A DNA stretch of 61,529 bases, counting the filler, from Squatina squatina (Eukaryota), in NCBI GenBank assembly GCA_031763465.1. It is 3 parts of 3 records of this genome, joined end to end, with 100 filler letters (N's around TTAATTAATTAA, not from the genome) between each part and the next. Parts side by side here need not be neighbours in the genome. Positions count along the whole stretch, not along the records: positions 1 to 27,636 come from JARFOE010000222.1; 2 more parts are not named here. One strand, given 5' to 3'. Position 1 is the stretch's first letter; every line of letters begins with the position of its first letter. A program made the translations under genes and the position numbers. Below the pieces are notes generated by a model, which had not been told where the DNA came from, did no database searches, and saw only the letters and a program-made list of their open reading frames with translations. Below, in pieces: positions 12,829-23,426 of the stretch.

Positions 12829-13179
12829 NNNNNNNNNNNNNNNNNNNNNNNNNNNNNNNNNNNNNNNNNNNNNNNNNNNNNNNNNNNNNNNNNNNNNNNN
12901 NNNNNNNNNNNNNNNNNNNNNNNNNNNNTGAGAGTTATAGCTTCCCCTACAATGATGAAAATTGGCTCCTTGTTGATCAAAATGGTCACATGCCCTCATG
13001 AATATCAATTTCTTGTGTGAAAAGTTCCTTTGTACCATTGAATAAAATAGATGAATTAAAGTTTTTGATTTAGCAAGTTGCACCGCACTCAGTGCCCACA
13101 AGAAAGAAATGTCAGCAAGTATCTTTTGCAGTGATCAATAAATTATAAAAATGTTTTCTTCTTCATTTCCAAACTCAAG

Positions 13180-13296
13180 TGATTTTGGATACTATCGTGT
13201 CGGAACTAGTGATAAATGTGTAGAGCAGCCAGACTTAAAGGATCATATGCTGGAATTCTGCTTACAAGGAAAAGAGGAGCTGCTGAAAACACAAGG
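13180..13296 (+). CDS. Sortilin-like exon (10CC domain)
   Basis: ctcaag|(C)[38 protein letters not shown](G)|gtgagt; compare SORT1 [40 protein letters not shown]. Confidence 0.93.
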
Positions 13297-14707
13297 GTGA
13301 GTTGTTCCTCACAAGAATGTGCTAATACCTCCTGTCTTTGATACTTTATGTAGCACCTGATAGTTAATGCGAGTTATACGTAATTAGTACGCAAGTTGCC
13401 ACAGGTAGACATTGATCTAATTTAGTCTCACAACCCAATAAAATAATTTTTCTCCTTTTTTTGTAAGGACAATTTATAGAGGTGAAACCTTCTGGTATTA
13501 TAGGTCTGATTTTGTGATCCGGAAAGATTCGGGACCCCATCCCATGATTTTTCATCTATTAAAATGAATGGACGGAAAATCACAGGCTCCGCACCCAACA
13601 CGCTCGCGCCCAGGAGCAGCGGATTGTAGAATCATTAAATAATTTTTTTTACAAGGAACTAAAGTATTTGATCTGTGTGGGCACCAACTTGTGCACATGT
13701 TAACTGCATAATGTACTTCATTAAGAAAATGTGTTCCCTTAAATTAATATTGGATTGCAAAATGTTTTTCACTCACTAATTTCATTGAGATAATATATTA
13801 TGCAATTGTCCAAGAATTCAATTAATTTACCTGTCTTTTCTTACACTGGTTACTTGCACTGAGAATTAGTGAGAATGGGATAGGTTTCCACAATTCCTAA
13901 ACACCATTGATGTTGATTTCCAAAAGTGAAGCTGCCCTGTTGCATTGTTTTGCTTTGTTCCTATGTGGTGTCATTCCAAAGTAGCTAAATTGGATCTTTG
14001 GTACTTGATTACAACTAAATAAAGAGCTGCAATCATACAAAAAGTTTACATAATTGAAGCTTAAGAATAAGTTGCCACTAAATACTCAGAGAATATAGAC
14101 AGCGGGTAGAAATTGATATGTACTGCACCCATTTTTCGGGTGAAAACTGGCACACGGTTGACAAATTTAGCAGTGGGACAGCCATATGTGTGTTCGGGTC
14201 CACATATTTAGGCAGGTGCCTAAAACTGGCGTTTGGCCCCCCTTCGTTTGTTAAATAGAAGCTAAACGCCTGTTTAAGGACCCCTCTGGGACAAATACAG
14301 AAAATGCTGGAAATTCTCAGCAGGTCAGGCAGCATCTGTAGAGAGAAACAGAGTTAACATTTCAGNNNNNNNNNNNNNNNNNNNNNNNNNNNNNNNNNNN
14401 NNNNNNNNNNNNNNNNNNNNNNNNNNNNNNNNNNNNNNNNNNNNNNNNNNNNNNNNNNNNNNNNNATATCTTGACACTTGAGTGGTTTCATGGTAGCCAA
14501 TTATAGTGAAAGTTTTAAAAAGGGGAAGAATTAAATTCACCTTGTGCTGATGATTTACTATACACTACTGCCATTTATTACTTTGAACAATGAGCTTTAA
14601 ATGCTACACTCTAAATTGGTAAGGAATATTTGGTTCAGTATTTTTAAACTTGGATACTGTTGAGTATCGATCAGAGTATAATGGAGTTACCTTTGTCTTC
14701 CCCACAG

Positions 14708-14792
14708 ATGTAAAACCTTTCATTGATTTCATGAAGACCTTGCAGGATGGAACAATAGTGTTTATGGCTACATATGATGACAGTGCAACCAA
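14708..14792 (+). CDS. FAM3-family (FAM3C/ILEI-like) internal exon
   Basis: cccacag|(D)[27 protein letters not shown](K)|gttagt; compare FAM3C [29 protein letters not shown]. Confidence 0.85.
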
Positions 14793-15112
14793 GTTAGTAA
14801 TTACCAGCTCCTTATGAATGAAGAATGTGAGATGCCTGATTAATCAGGAAAGTGGTTGTCAATTTTTTTCCAGTGTTTTCATTTTGTATTTGCACTAGTC
14901 TGAAAAAGTAGCTTGTTAAATCATCCATTTTTCCAGAGTGACTGAGTTGGAAAGATGTCCTTTTTATAAAAAAAAAAGGAAATCCAATGTTTAATATAGG
15001 GCATAACTCAGGNNNNNNNNNNNNNNNNNNNNNNNNNNNNNNNNNNNNNNNNNNNNNNNNNNNNNNNNNNNNNNNNNNNNNNNNNNNNNNNNNNNNNNNN
15101 NNNNNNNNNNNN

Positions 15113-15390
15113 CCCCATCTGCTCTCTCAGGTGGACGTAAAAGATCCCATGGCACTATTTTGAAGAAGAGCAGGGGAGTTATCCCCAGTATCCTGGCGAA
15201 TATTTCTCCCTCAATCAACATAACAAAAAACAGATTATTGCTGTTTGTGAGAGCTTGCTGCATGCTAATTGGCTGCCGCGTTTCCAACATTACAACAGTG
15301 ACTAGACTCCAAAAGTACTTCATTGGCTGTAAAGCGCTTTGAGACGTCCGGTAGTCGTGAAAGGTGTTATCTAAATCCAAGCCTTTCTTT
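15113..15390 (+). mobile_element. Deu-domain SINE (SacSINE1-like), 3' part
   Basis: Core gtaaaagatcccatggcactattttgaagaagagcagggg...ttggctgccgcgtttcc...gtaaagcgcttt..gtgaaagg. Confidence 0.8.
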
Positions 15391-15661
15391 GTAGCCAACA
15401 AAGTTGTTAAGGGCAGCCTGTCTCTGTGAGTTTCCTTTCCTACCTCTCCTCACAGCATTAAGAGCCCTGTACTTTTATTTGTTGACGGTAGCTTCAGTCA
15501 AAGAATGAAGAAGACCATACCAAAAGCCAGTACTCTTAACTTGTGATACTTAAAACATGCACTCACATTTTATTTTAGGTCAGTAGCTTGTGTAAAAATA
15601 AACTGGAATGTTTGTACTCTGAATCTAATCAGCTCTTGTTATCAATTTGTTCCCCATCAAG

Positions 15662-15860
15662 GTTAAAAGCGAAGCAACTATCAATCCAGAGCAAAGGCTT
15701 GAAAGTGTATAATCTGCACACTGCAACTCAGCACTTACAAGTTGGCCAGCTAAAAGGAAACCATTTTAGTATCATTGTAAAAAACATCAGCAAGCACCAG
15801 GGAGATGATCCTGAAGCAAGTCTTACTGATAGAGTGTTTGAAGCAATTGAGAAAGTCAAG
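15662..15860 (+). CDS. PUS7L: Pseudouridine synthase 7-like (TruD family) exon
   Basis: caag|(R)LKAKQLSIQSKGLKVYNLHTATQHLQVGQLKGNHFSIIVKN...VFEAIEKVK|gtaaag, containing the TruD motif GQLKGNHF. Confidence 0.9.
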
Positions 15861-16517
15861 GTAAAGTCCCGTTAAAGGTATCTAGTCTGAAATAGTACTG
15901 TTGTACCATGAACTGTAAACACCTGACTTAGGGGTCTGTTTAAGCAATGTGCCACCACTGTGGCATCGAAGCACATGACCATGGAAGGAAGAGTTGCAGC
16001 TTTATTCCTCCTATTCCACTGATCTCCTATGCGATCCAGTTTGAGGCTCCAAGTGGGACCAGGTGATTGCCTTCAGAGGAGGAGATAAAGGCTCATTGCT
16101 ATGACCCTGCTGCACACCTCACAGCATCTGGCAGCACATCAAATTAACGTTCATCTATATGAGATAACTGTTGATAANNNNNNNNNNNNNNNNNNNNNNN
16201 NNNNNNNNNNNNNNNNNNNNNNNNNNNNNNNNNNNNNNNNNNNNNNNNNNNNNNNNNNNNNNNNNNNNNNNNNNNNNNNNNNNNNNNNNNNNNNNNNNNN
16301 NNNNNNNNNNNNNNNNNNNNNNNNNNNNNNNNNNNNNNNNNNNNNNNNNNNNNNNNNNNNNNNNNNNNNNNNNNNNNNNNNNNNNNNNNNNNNNNNNNNN
16401 NNNNNNNNNNNNNNNNNNNNNNNNNNNNNNNNNNNNNNNNNNNNNNNNNNNNNNNNNNNNNNNNNNNNNNNNNNNNNNNNNNNNNNNNNNAAGTAAATTT
16501 AGTTCTTTCAACTACAG

Positions 16518-16616
16518 GAAAAAGGATTTGTGAACTACTATGGACCTCAGCGATTTGGCCTAGGACAGTATGTTCAGGCAGATCAAATTGGTTTAGCTCT
16601 CCTCAAGGAAAAGTTG
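16518..16616 (+). CDS. PUS7L: PUS7L exon
   Basis: tacag|EKGFVNYYGPQRFGLGQYVQADQIGLALLKEKL|gtaagg, containing the TruD motif GFxNYYGPQRFG. Confidence 0.95.
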
Positions 16617-17218
16617 GTAAGGCCCCTTTCAACGTAAGCATTTTATGACTTTCACAGGTATATAGATCAGGAGCTAACAATGGTATGTGCATTTCTTGGG
16701 ACTTAGTTCCTGCTTATATTGCCAGCCACATATGGAAGTGATTCTCAGAAGGGCTGTAAACATAAGGTTTTCATGCTGTTACAATTCCTTATCGTGGCAA
16801 CATAAATGTGTAGCTGGCCTGAAACTGGAGTTAACTCTTAATCTCTCTCTGAATGTTTCTGGGTGGTGATTGATGGCCATGTATAACTGGAAGTTGCCTT
16901 GCTCAGGTTCCCTGTTCATACTCTTGAAGCTTTACTGTTGCACCCTTTCTGTATCTTATCGTAGTCTGTGCAGAATTGAGTATGGAGCTTTCACAACATA
17001 AATACTTTATTGCCAAGAATGTATAGGGTAAAAATGTAATTTAAATGAGGCACTTGAGGGGAAGTTNNNNNNNNNNNNNNNNNNNNNNNNNNNNNNNNNN
17101 NNNNNNNNNNNNNNNNNNNNNNNNNNNNNNNNNNNNNNNNNNNNNNNNNNNNNNNNNNNNNNNNNNTTGAGATCTGCCTATTAAAATGATCAGTATTTTA
17201 TTTATTTCCGCCCAGCAG

Positions 17219-17272
17219 GTGCACGTTGTGACAACTGAAGATCTGGAGTCAAACATTTACTCTCTTAACCAA
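17219..17272 (+). CDS. PUS7L: PUS7L penultimate exon
   Basis: cagcag|VHVVTTEDLESNIYSLNQ|gtaagg, in phase with the last exon. Confidence 0.8.
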
Positions 17273-17547
17273 GTAAGGATTCTTCCTCATTCCTTCAGCA
17301 TGAACTCATCCCTTTACCATTGAAGGGCTTTCTGGAGAACATTAAACACAAGTGCTTTTGAAGGCCTTCAAGGAAAAAAATCATGCACAACTTTGGTCAC
17401 TATTGGAATAGAAGGTGCTGTGTTATTAATAACTGTAAGCTAGAAAAGTATACAAAACATATTATTTAGGATTTTCATAAATATAGCGCTTGTAGTCAAA
17501 GCTGCCTTTTTGCTACCCTTTCTAAATTCAAAAACGTTTTTGGTATG

Positions 17548-17920
17548 AGCCTCGGCTCAGTGACGGCATTCTTGCTTCTTGAGTCAGAAGGTTGTGGGTT
17601 CAAGCCACATTTCAGGACTTGAACAATATACTCTAGGCTGACCCTTCAGTTCAGTTCTGAGATTCAAACAACATCTCCCCTCTCAGGTGGACATGAAAGA
17701 TTCCACAGTGTTATTCAAAGAAGAGTCGGGGAATTCTCTAGTTGTCTTGGCCAACATTTAGCCCTCAACCAATACCAGTAAAACTGATTAACTGGTCATT
17801 AATGTCGGTGCTTTTTGTGGGGACCTTATTGTGCACCAATTGGCTGCTGAGTTTGCCTTCAAAATAGTGACTAGACTTCAAAGTAATTGGCTGTGAAACA
17901 CTTTGGGTCTTTATGACTAA
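17548..17920 (+). mobile_element. Near full-length tRNA-headed Deu-SINE (SacSINE1-like); other copies at ~23675-23800(-), 26894-26968(-), 28485-28615(-), 33555-33825(+), 37785-37950(-), 44628-44673(-), 59075-59325(+)
   Basis: A-box/B-box-like head ggctcagtg...gagtcagaaggttgtgggttcaagcc followed by the Deu core and tail. Confidence 0.8.
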
Positions 17921-18151
17921 TATAGAAATACTCCGAATTAAAAACCAGAAGAAATACTCAAACCAGAACAGCACTCATTTTTGTTAGATTATAAACTAAA
18001 ATATTACTTTTTAATGTTTTCTTTTTAAATTATGTTTTTTAAAAAACAGAAATTAATCTGGTTCCTGTTTCTGCTAGTTTTAGTAAGTATTTCATTCTTG
18101 AATTCCAGCTGGTTAAATTGCACTGCAATCATTGATTCTTTTTAATTAAAG

Positions 18152-18502
18152 GTCGTTCTTCCGATGCCTGGTAACAACATCCAATATCCATGCAACAAGC
18201 TAACATTATGGTACCAAGAAGTTTTGGCTAGGGATGGACTGAAGCTGTGCAAGTTTAGAATCCCTGCATTACAGCTAAACGTTCCTGGATGCTATCGGCG
18301 GCTCCTAGCACAACCTCAGGACCTAATATATCAGTGGTTAGAAGGCAAGGAAATGCCTTTCACAGAGGAAGACTGCAACCTTGCTACTGGTGAATCCAAG
18401 CAGCCTCCAGAAACAGGAGACTCTCTGTCTTTGTCCTTCAGCCTGAATTCATCATGCTACGCAACAGTGTGTCTGAGGGAAATAATGAAATGCAATGTCT
18501 AA
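18152..18502 (+). CDS. PUS7L: PUS7L last coding exon
   Basis: aaag|VVLPMPGNNIQYPCNK..WYQEVLARDGL..CKFRIPALQLNVPGCYR..LSFSLNSSCYATVCLREIMKCNV*, matching the PUS7L C-terminus. Confidence 0.95.
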   Translation, partial: VVLPMPGNNIQYPCNKLTLWYQEVLARDGLKLCKFRIPALQLNVPGCYRRLLAQPQDLIYQWLEGKEMPFTEEDCNLATGESKQPPETGDSLSLSFSLNSSCYATVCLREIMKCNV

Positions 18503-21281
18503 TTTTCTTCGCATTATAGTTTTTATCAATTGTCAGTTTTATCCTCGGTCGATCACAGCTTCATATCGTCACAAAGGGGCAGAAGATGAGTTGGTGCTTT
18601 TTTGGATCATGAGTGCACACTTTTGGGGACAGGGCTCGTGTGTTTATCCATGAAGGCCATTTTGTATGTCATATTTGTGTGTCCTACACTTCAAATTGAT
18701 TTTGTTCAACAAGAGAAGAATTGCAATGCTCAGGGTGGAATTGTGGCTAAGGACACTCGCAGACGTTGAGGAGGCAGGAGGGAGAGGCTACAAACTTCCC
18801 TCCAGAAATGCAGGGAAAATCAAACGGGAGGAATATCTACTCTCACACCTCCTTGCAGCATTTGCACAGGGCCTGAAGTAGGTCTGCCTTCTCATCTAGA
18901 CATGGCGCAATCTAAGGGAAACCAGAGAGCAAGAAAAGGCAGATTTTTTTTAAAAAAAGCCCAAACTGAGCAGGAGAAAAAGCACAGCGGCTGCAAAGTC
19001 AAGCTGAGGGAGGTGATTAAATATACTTTTAGGCTTGGAGTCTGTGCCCTTTAATAGCCCAGTGAACACTTAAATCTGAGTTTATTTCAAGTTACTCTTT
19101 TGGAGGAGTTTATTTCAAGTTATGGGCCTTGGCCAATCCAGCAGGTGGTTCAGATTAAACAAAATGAATATGAATCTTGACAGTTTTTTGGAATAATAAA
19201 CTAGGAATGGCTGATATTGCCAGCTTAGTGACACTTAAGAGTAATTTTGTGTTTGAGCTGTGCACCCCTTTAATAACAGGCTTTGGAATTCAGGACCCAT
19301 CGCACATACAACAGTACCCTTCTATACATGTTATATATTAACTGTTCTTTTCACCTCAAATTTGCATTTAGTCCAAACAAATGTTTGACATCTTGAGTTT
19401 AGAAGATTAAGGGCTGATCTAATTGAAATGCTTAAGATGAAAGGGTAGATGGAGAGAAATGATTTCCTCTGGTTGGGGGGGAGTCCGGAACAAGGGGGCA
19501 TAGCTTTAAAATTAGAAACAAAAACAGGGACTGCTGGAAACACTCAGCAGGTCAGGCTGCATCTGTGGNNNNNNNNNNNNNNNNNNNNNNNNNNNNNNNN
19601 NNNNNNNNNNNNNNNNNNNNNNNNNNNNNNNNNNNNNNNNNNNNNNNNNNNNNNNNNNNNNNNNNNNNTCGAATAGTGCTGTGGGATCTTTTACACCCAC
19701 TTTCCTCCCACCTCACGTTTAACTAATTCAGTGTTTACCTCCTCACCATTGACATTAAAGCGGAGTCCTTCTTAAGTATCCCTGCCAATTTACTTACTAG
19801 CTATCCTCACCTCTCAAGGAATCCCACCTCACTTGTAACAATATTCTTTTATTACTGATCGATTTGTAGAATACTGTTTATGATATTTTTTGAGGTTCTC
19901 CCCTCGTATTCCTTGCTTCCCTTATCTCTCTCATTCCTTATTTTCTCAGAGTCTCTATTATTTTCTCTGACTTATATGTTCTCTGCAATTTTATTTCTAA
20001 CCTCCATGGCATCTCTTTGAATATGAAGTAATCTCTTTTGTAATGGTGTGTGTAGAAAATACAGGATATCCTTTATATTAGCATGATTGTTTCTGTCTCG
20101 GCTTGTTTTTTACCTCATTAGTCATGTGGCTGCCATAAACTCAATGAACTGGACATATGAACCATGTAAACATATGTTCAGTAGAACCATTGCAGAATTC
20201 CAGATTAAATGCATTTGGCAAAGGGAGTTTTGAAGTCCAAAGCGTAATCAATTTTGAGGAGGTGGGATCGTGTTTTAATACCACACCTAATCCCTCNNNN
20301 NNNNNNNNNNNNNNNNNNNNNNNNNNNNNNNNNNNNNNNNNNNNNNGAGTCTGTTTCGCCAATCAATTAGATCATGGCTGATCTGTATCTCAACTCCATT
20401 TACCTATCATTGCTCCGTATCTCTTAATATCCTTACCAAATAAAAATCTATCAATCTTACACTTGAAAATTTCTATTGACCCAACATCCACAGCCTTTTA
20501 TGGGAAAGAGGGTTCCAGATTTCCAAGGGATGGAGCCAATGATAAGGGAGCAGCATTGTGGCAGGGTTTGGAAAGGAGACATTTATAGTTGTCACACAGT
20601 CAGCTTCTGTTGCTCATGAAACTGGCTTGCTATGAACTTAGAAAATGTACAGATGTTAAGTGGCTAAAGTTAAGTTTTAAATAGTTAAAATCTTGATTAA
20701 ACACTCAACAGATCTCACAGCTTTGCAGTCAGTCATATGTTACGGCTGATGTGGGGGCGCAGGTAAGTATAGTGTTGGGGTTTGGAAGTGGTACACACTT
20801 CTATTGAAAGAATTCAGTTTATAAGAGATCTTCTTAGAAATGGTGCCTGGTTGCTGGAAAATGAATCGGCCTAGTTTTTCCATACAACCGCCAGTGGTTT
20901 TTGTTTTGCTCACAATACGTGATCTGCTGCATTCTCCACCTCACCCGCCCATTTCCTGGCGAGTGGATCTGATGGCGTGAAATGTGCCTGCCCGTACATG
21001 GGCGGACATATGCAAATTAAATTAAAATGAGATGAAGTTCTGATTTGAATATTTAGTGTAGTTTCCTGTTCAGTGATTTTTGTTGGAGGTCAAGCAAATG
21101 TGAAATTGTGGCAATATGTATGGAAAATTGTTGGGCTATCTTGTAACCATTTGATAGTGAGAGTTTGCAAACTACATCCAGATGTTTGCGAGACATCCAT
21201 GTTTCTCGACCTTTAAGTGAGCTTGGTGGTGCTGTAAATCTGTTAAAATGCAAGATGGGAACCAAAAATGCCCACCGAATG

Positions 21282-21379
21282 CATTGAATTCACCACATTG
21301 TTTAGAGCTGTGCTCAGTACCCACCTGGGCCATTGAATTTACCGCATCGTTTAGAGCTGTGCTCTGTACCCACATTGGC
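21282..21379 (+). repeat. Tandem duplication, 2 x 49 bp
   Basis: cattgaattcaccacattgtttagagctgtgctcagtacccacctgggc followed by cattgaatttaccgcatcgtttagagctgtgctctgtacccacattggc. Confidence 0.85.
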
Positions 21380-21517
21380 CATGTTTTGTCTTCTTCTTGC
21401 ATTGATGTCGAGCTCANNNNNNNNNNNNNNNNNNNNNNNNNNNNNNNNNNNNNNNNNNNNNNNNNNNNNNNNNNNNNNNNNNNNNNNNNNNNNNNNNNNN
21501 NNNNNNNNNNNNNNNNA

Positions 21518-22040
21518 ACCTTAGTAATGTCTGCACTGTGGAATATTACACACATAGTAACATCTACACTACAGAATATTACACCCTTAGTAATGTCTAC
21601 ACTGTAGAATATTACACCCTTAATGTTTACAATGCAGAAAATTACACCCTTTGTAACATCTGCACTCAGAATATTACATCCTTACTAATGTTTACACTGT
21701 AGAATATTAAAACCTTAGTAACGTCTGCACTGTAGAATATTATACACTTAGTAAGGACTGTACTGTAGAATATTACGCAAGTTGTAAGGTCTGCAGTGTA
21801 GAATATTACATCCTTAGTAATGTCTAAACTGTTGAATATTACACACTTAGTCACGCCTACAGTGTAGACTATTATACACTTAGTAAAGTCTACACTGCAG
21901 AATATTACAACCTTAGTAATGTCTACACTGTGGAATGTTACACAATTCATAACGTTTGCACTGTCGAATATTTCACACTTAGTAACACCTAAACTGTAGA
22001 ATATTACACACTTAACAATGTCTACACTGTAGAATATTAA
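21518..22040 (+). repeat. Minisatellite, 33-bp unit (gtaatgtctacactgtagaatattacaccctta), ~16 copies
   Basis: Direct periodicity in the sequence; it explains the 11-aa periodic ORF 21666..21950(-). Confidence 0.95.
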
Positions 22041-22677
22041 CTCGAAATGGAGCTGATTTTGTATTTGCTATGAAATTGAGCAAAACTTCACTGAATAGCC
22101 CGCTTACATTAAGATCACTTTAAAAAAAATCAAGCCCTCAGAAGCCAGAGTTCAAGGCACAGAGAGTCTCTTTACTTAGATGGTTAACTTCCAACAGCGG
22201 CCTTACTTCAGTCACCTGTATAAACAGATAAACTGAAGAAAAGAGTTTTTATCTGTTAAACTGTCAGCATGGTGTCATATAATGTGAGACAAGAGAACTC
22301 GATTGCATCATCTGGGATAAGAATGATTAAAATTATGTTTGCTTCCTTGTGTGAACAAGGCTTAAGAGCCCCTTTTAATAAGGGAGTGGTGTTCCACAAT
22401 TGCTGATCGAACAGCTGTGGTTGTACACGTCTGAAGTGTTGGGGCCCATCCTTGTAGTTGTGGGACCATTATTTTTTAAAAAACTGAATTCAATAGTATC
22501 TTTCCACCTGCTGGGAGGTCCTCACCCAGAAGCATCGCTTTTGTTTGTTCCCACACTACAACTTACACAACAAACACAGGGCCTCAAACAGCCCAAAATT
22601 AGCCTGCTGGTACAGGATCTGCATTTGTTTGGGCTACGGAGCTGGCACGCAACTGGTAGTTAGTGACTTTCCCTCAG

Positions 22678-22816
22678 GACCCTTTTTGATGCTGATCCAG
22701 TTCGAGAACTGAGAAGAGATTTGGCAACTTCAAAGGATAAGTGCATCTATAATACTTTTAAGTCTCCGTTTATCCAACAGCAGAAGTGTCATCCTTGGCA
22801 GGAAGCATCGAGACAG
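22678..22816 (+). CDS. Candidate exon of unidentified gene
   Basis: tttccctcag|g TLFDADPVRELRRDLATSKDKCIYNTFKSPFIQQQKCHPWQEASRQ|gtcaag. Open in one frame only; the donor is weak. Confidence 0.35.
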
Positions 22817-23276
22817 GTCAAGCGTGTTCTGCATTTAGGCACCTTGCAGGAAAGGTTTCACAACCATGCTCTGTAACTGTGAATTTAATCACAGGCTTTC
22901 TGTCTGGCAGTGTTCTTCAAATTTCATCAAGTACACATCTGTTCAAATGATTTGCAGTGTATCTGTAACATACTTTGCTCAAACAACATTGCTTAAGTTG
23001 AAATCTCGCAAGCATTTTAAAAGATCTTAAGGGAAAGCAGATTTATGTTCTGTTTTTATTTTGTGCGTAATATTGCAAAAAGAAATCGGATATTAATTTG
23101 AATTAAGCACAAAATAAAAACAGGTCAAACTATTTTTTGTGAACCATGTAACCTTTTTGGCAGATTATCATGGTGCTGTACTTGTCTGCCCTGTTAGTTA
23201 GTAGGATTATTGAATATCTACCCATCAAGGACTCTGTGGTATTCATGTTTAAAAAACAATCTTGACTTGCAGACAG

Positions 23277-23426
23277 CTCAAAATTTTGAGCCAGATTACC
23301 TTACTCCAGTTACAGGATGAACTCTCTCTGCCTTCTAAAGTGCAATTTGCTTCACAGAACATCATAAATATGTTGGCCTCGAGTTTCTTTTGTGATCGGG
23401 ACCAACTGGCAGCATTTTTGAGGCAG
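23277..23426 (+). CDS. Candidate exon of unidentified gene (alternative acceptor gives start 23273)
   Basis: gacttgcagacag|LKILSQITLLQLQDELSLPSKVQFASQNIINMLASSFFCDRDQLAAFLRQ|gtgagg. Good donor, amphipathic helical pattern, phase-compatible with 22678-22816. Confidence 0.45.

Noticed and set aside
21282-21379. gtttagagctgtgct occurs twice and resembles the start of type II-A (Cas9) CRISPR repeats
   Set aside because: There are only two copies and the whole 49-bp unit is duplicated, so there is no unique spacer. There are no cas genes and the context is vertebrate.
21666-21950. 94-aa ORF with 11-aa periodicity, superficially like a repeat protein
   Set aside because: It is the translation of the 33-bp minisatellite.
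22678-22816. Alternative frame with a single in-frame TGA (possible selenocysteine)
   Set aside because: No selenoprotein similarity or SECIS evidence, and another frame is fully open.
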